Part shown: in pieces, positions 42,950-43,168 of the stretch
Position numbering within the stretch: the first letter of the stretch is position 1
Layout: the number at the start of each line of letters is the position of its first letter
Made by a program: the position numbers and the translations under genes
The notes under the pieces: generated by a model
What the model saw: only the letters and a program-made list of their open reading frames with translations
Database searches by the model: none
Told to the model about the DNA's origin: nothing
From: Acidimicrobiia bacterium
Lineage (GTDB): Bacteria; Actinomycetota; Acidimicrobiia; IMCC26256; BP-133
Reading direction: 5' to 3'
Assembly (NCBI GenBank): GCA_044870155.1
Contig: JBIOYN010000146.1
Span: 1 to 43,168, forward strand
DNA: 43,168 nucleotides

Positions 42950-43168
42950 CCGGGCGGGCGCGCCGGGTTCAGGGTGAACGTCAAAGACGCAGTGAGGGTG
43001 ACCGGGGGCGCGAGTGCCGCGGGGCCCCGTCCGCCCGCCGTGGCCACCGGTCCTCCCGCCCCGGCGTCATCACCGGTCCCCTCGCCAACCGGCGTTTCTC
43101 AGCCCCACCTGCCGGGGTTGAACAGCGCCGGTTCGAGGAACACGCGGCTTACAGAACAACCGGCGTTT

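Noticed and set aside
42950-43168. Possible start of a downstream gene, and an 11-nt direct repeat AACCGGCGTTT (43087..43097 and 43158..43168) with a complementary CGCCGGTT (43126..43133) that could form alternative hairpins.
   Set aside because: The window ends inside the region and no frame shows a recognisable protein start. The pairings have 24-31-nt loops, so nothing can be concluded without downstream sequence.
1-43168. Search for tRNA/rRNA genes, CRISPR arrays, transposases, integrases, and toxin-antitoxin or known defence-system genes.
   Set aside because: None was recognised by eye in any frame. The window looks like core chromosome with a few lineage-specific insertions, not a mobile or defence island.

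Overview
This is a high-GC actinobacterial chromosome segment. Markers are mycothiol synthase mshD, a PAC2-family protein, and mycobacteria-like synteny (hisD-C-B-H-A-F, then hisI-trpE). An Acidimicrobiia-like lineage is only a guess. All family calls come from reading motifs in the supplied translations; no BLAST or HMM search was possible.

Gene content from left to right:
- A secreted alpha-amylase fragment (window edge) and a small membrane protein, both translationally coupled to a minus-strand Liv-type amino-acid ABC operon (SBP, hairpin, livH, fused livM-livG, livF).
- A plus-strand operon: LarE-like PP-loop sulfur transferase, NIL-domain protein, DUF2993/LmeA-like protein, NUDIX hydrolase.
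- An M1-like HExxH lipoprotein peptidase.
- A long lower-GC intergenic region with two palindromes.
- A PAC2 protein.
- A minus-strand operon: mshD, rlmN, small membrane protein, TIM-barrel-like membrane protein, L,D-transpeptidase.
- An ECF sigma factor with a transmembrane C-terminal extension, followed by DUF1800, Tat-DUF1501 and a cupredoxin.
- Endonuclease III.
- A 51-aa Cys-rich ORF absent from the ORF track, convergent with a CPC-type copper P-type ATPase.
- The his operon, interrupted between hisF and hisI by a small ORF and an oppositely oriented gene for a secreted two-domain beta-propeller-like protein with near-identical 126-bp tandem coding repeats.
- hisI-trpE, a YgfZ-like folate-binding protein and a lipoprotein.
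- An OmpR-type two-component system.
- A membrane protein-TetR-nitroreductase operon with a palindromic operator candidate.
- An acyl-CoA dehydrogenase.
- A zinc-ribbon membrane protein coupled to an ABC-2 exporter.

No rRNA, tRNA, CRISPR array, transposase or integrase was recognised.

The observations most worth following up:
1. The orphan LarE/NIL/LmeA/NUDIX operon.
2. The ECF/DUF1800/DUF1501/cupredoxin plus metallothionein-like/CopA neighbourhood.
3. The repeat propeller gene inserted in the his operon.
4. A strand-consistent 20-nt motif, CCGGGG-N3-GGGGTGTCCCC, that recurs in-frame (PGxxGVP) in loops or tails of unrelated conserved genes.
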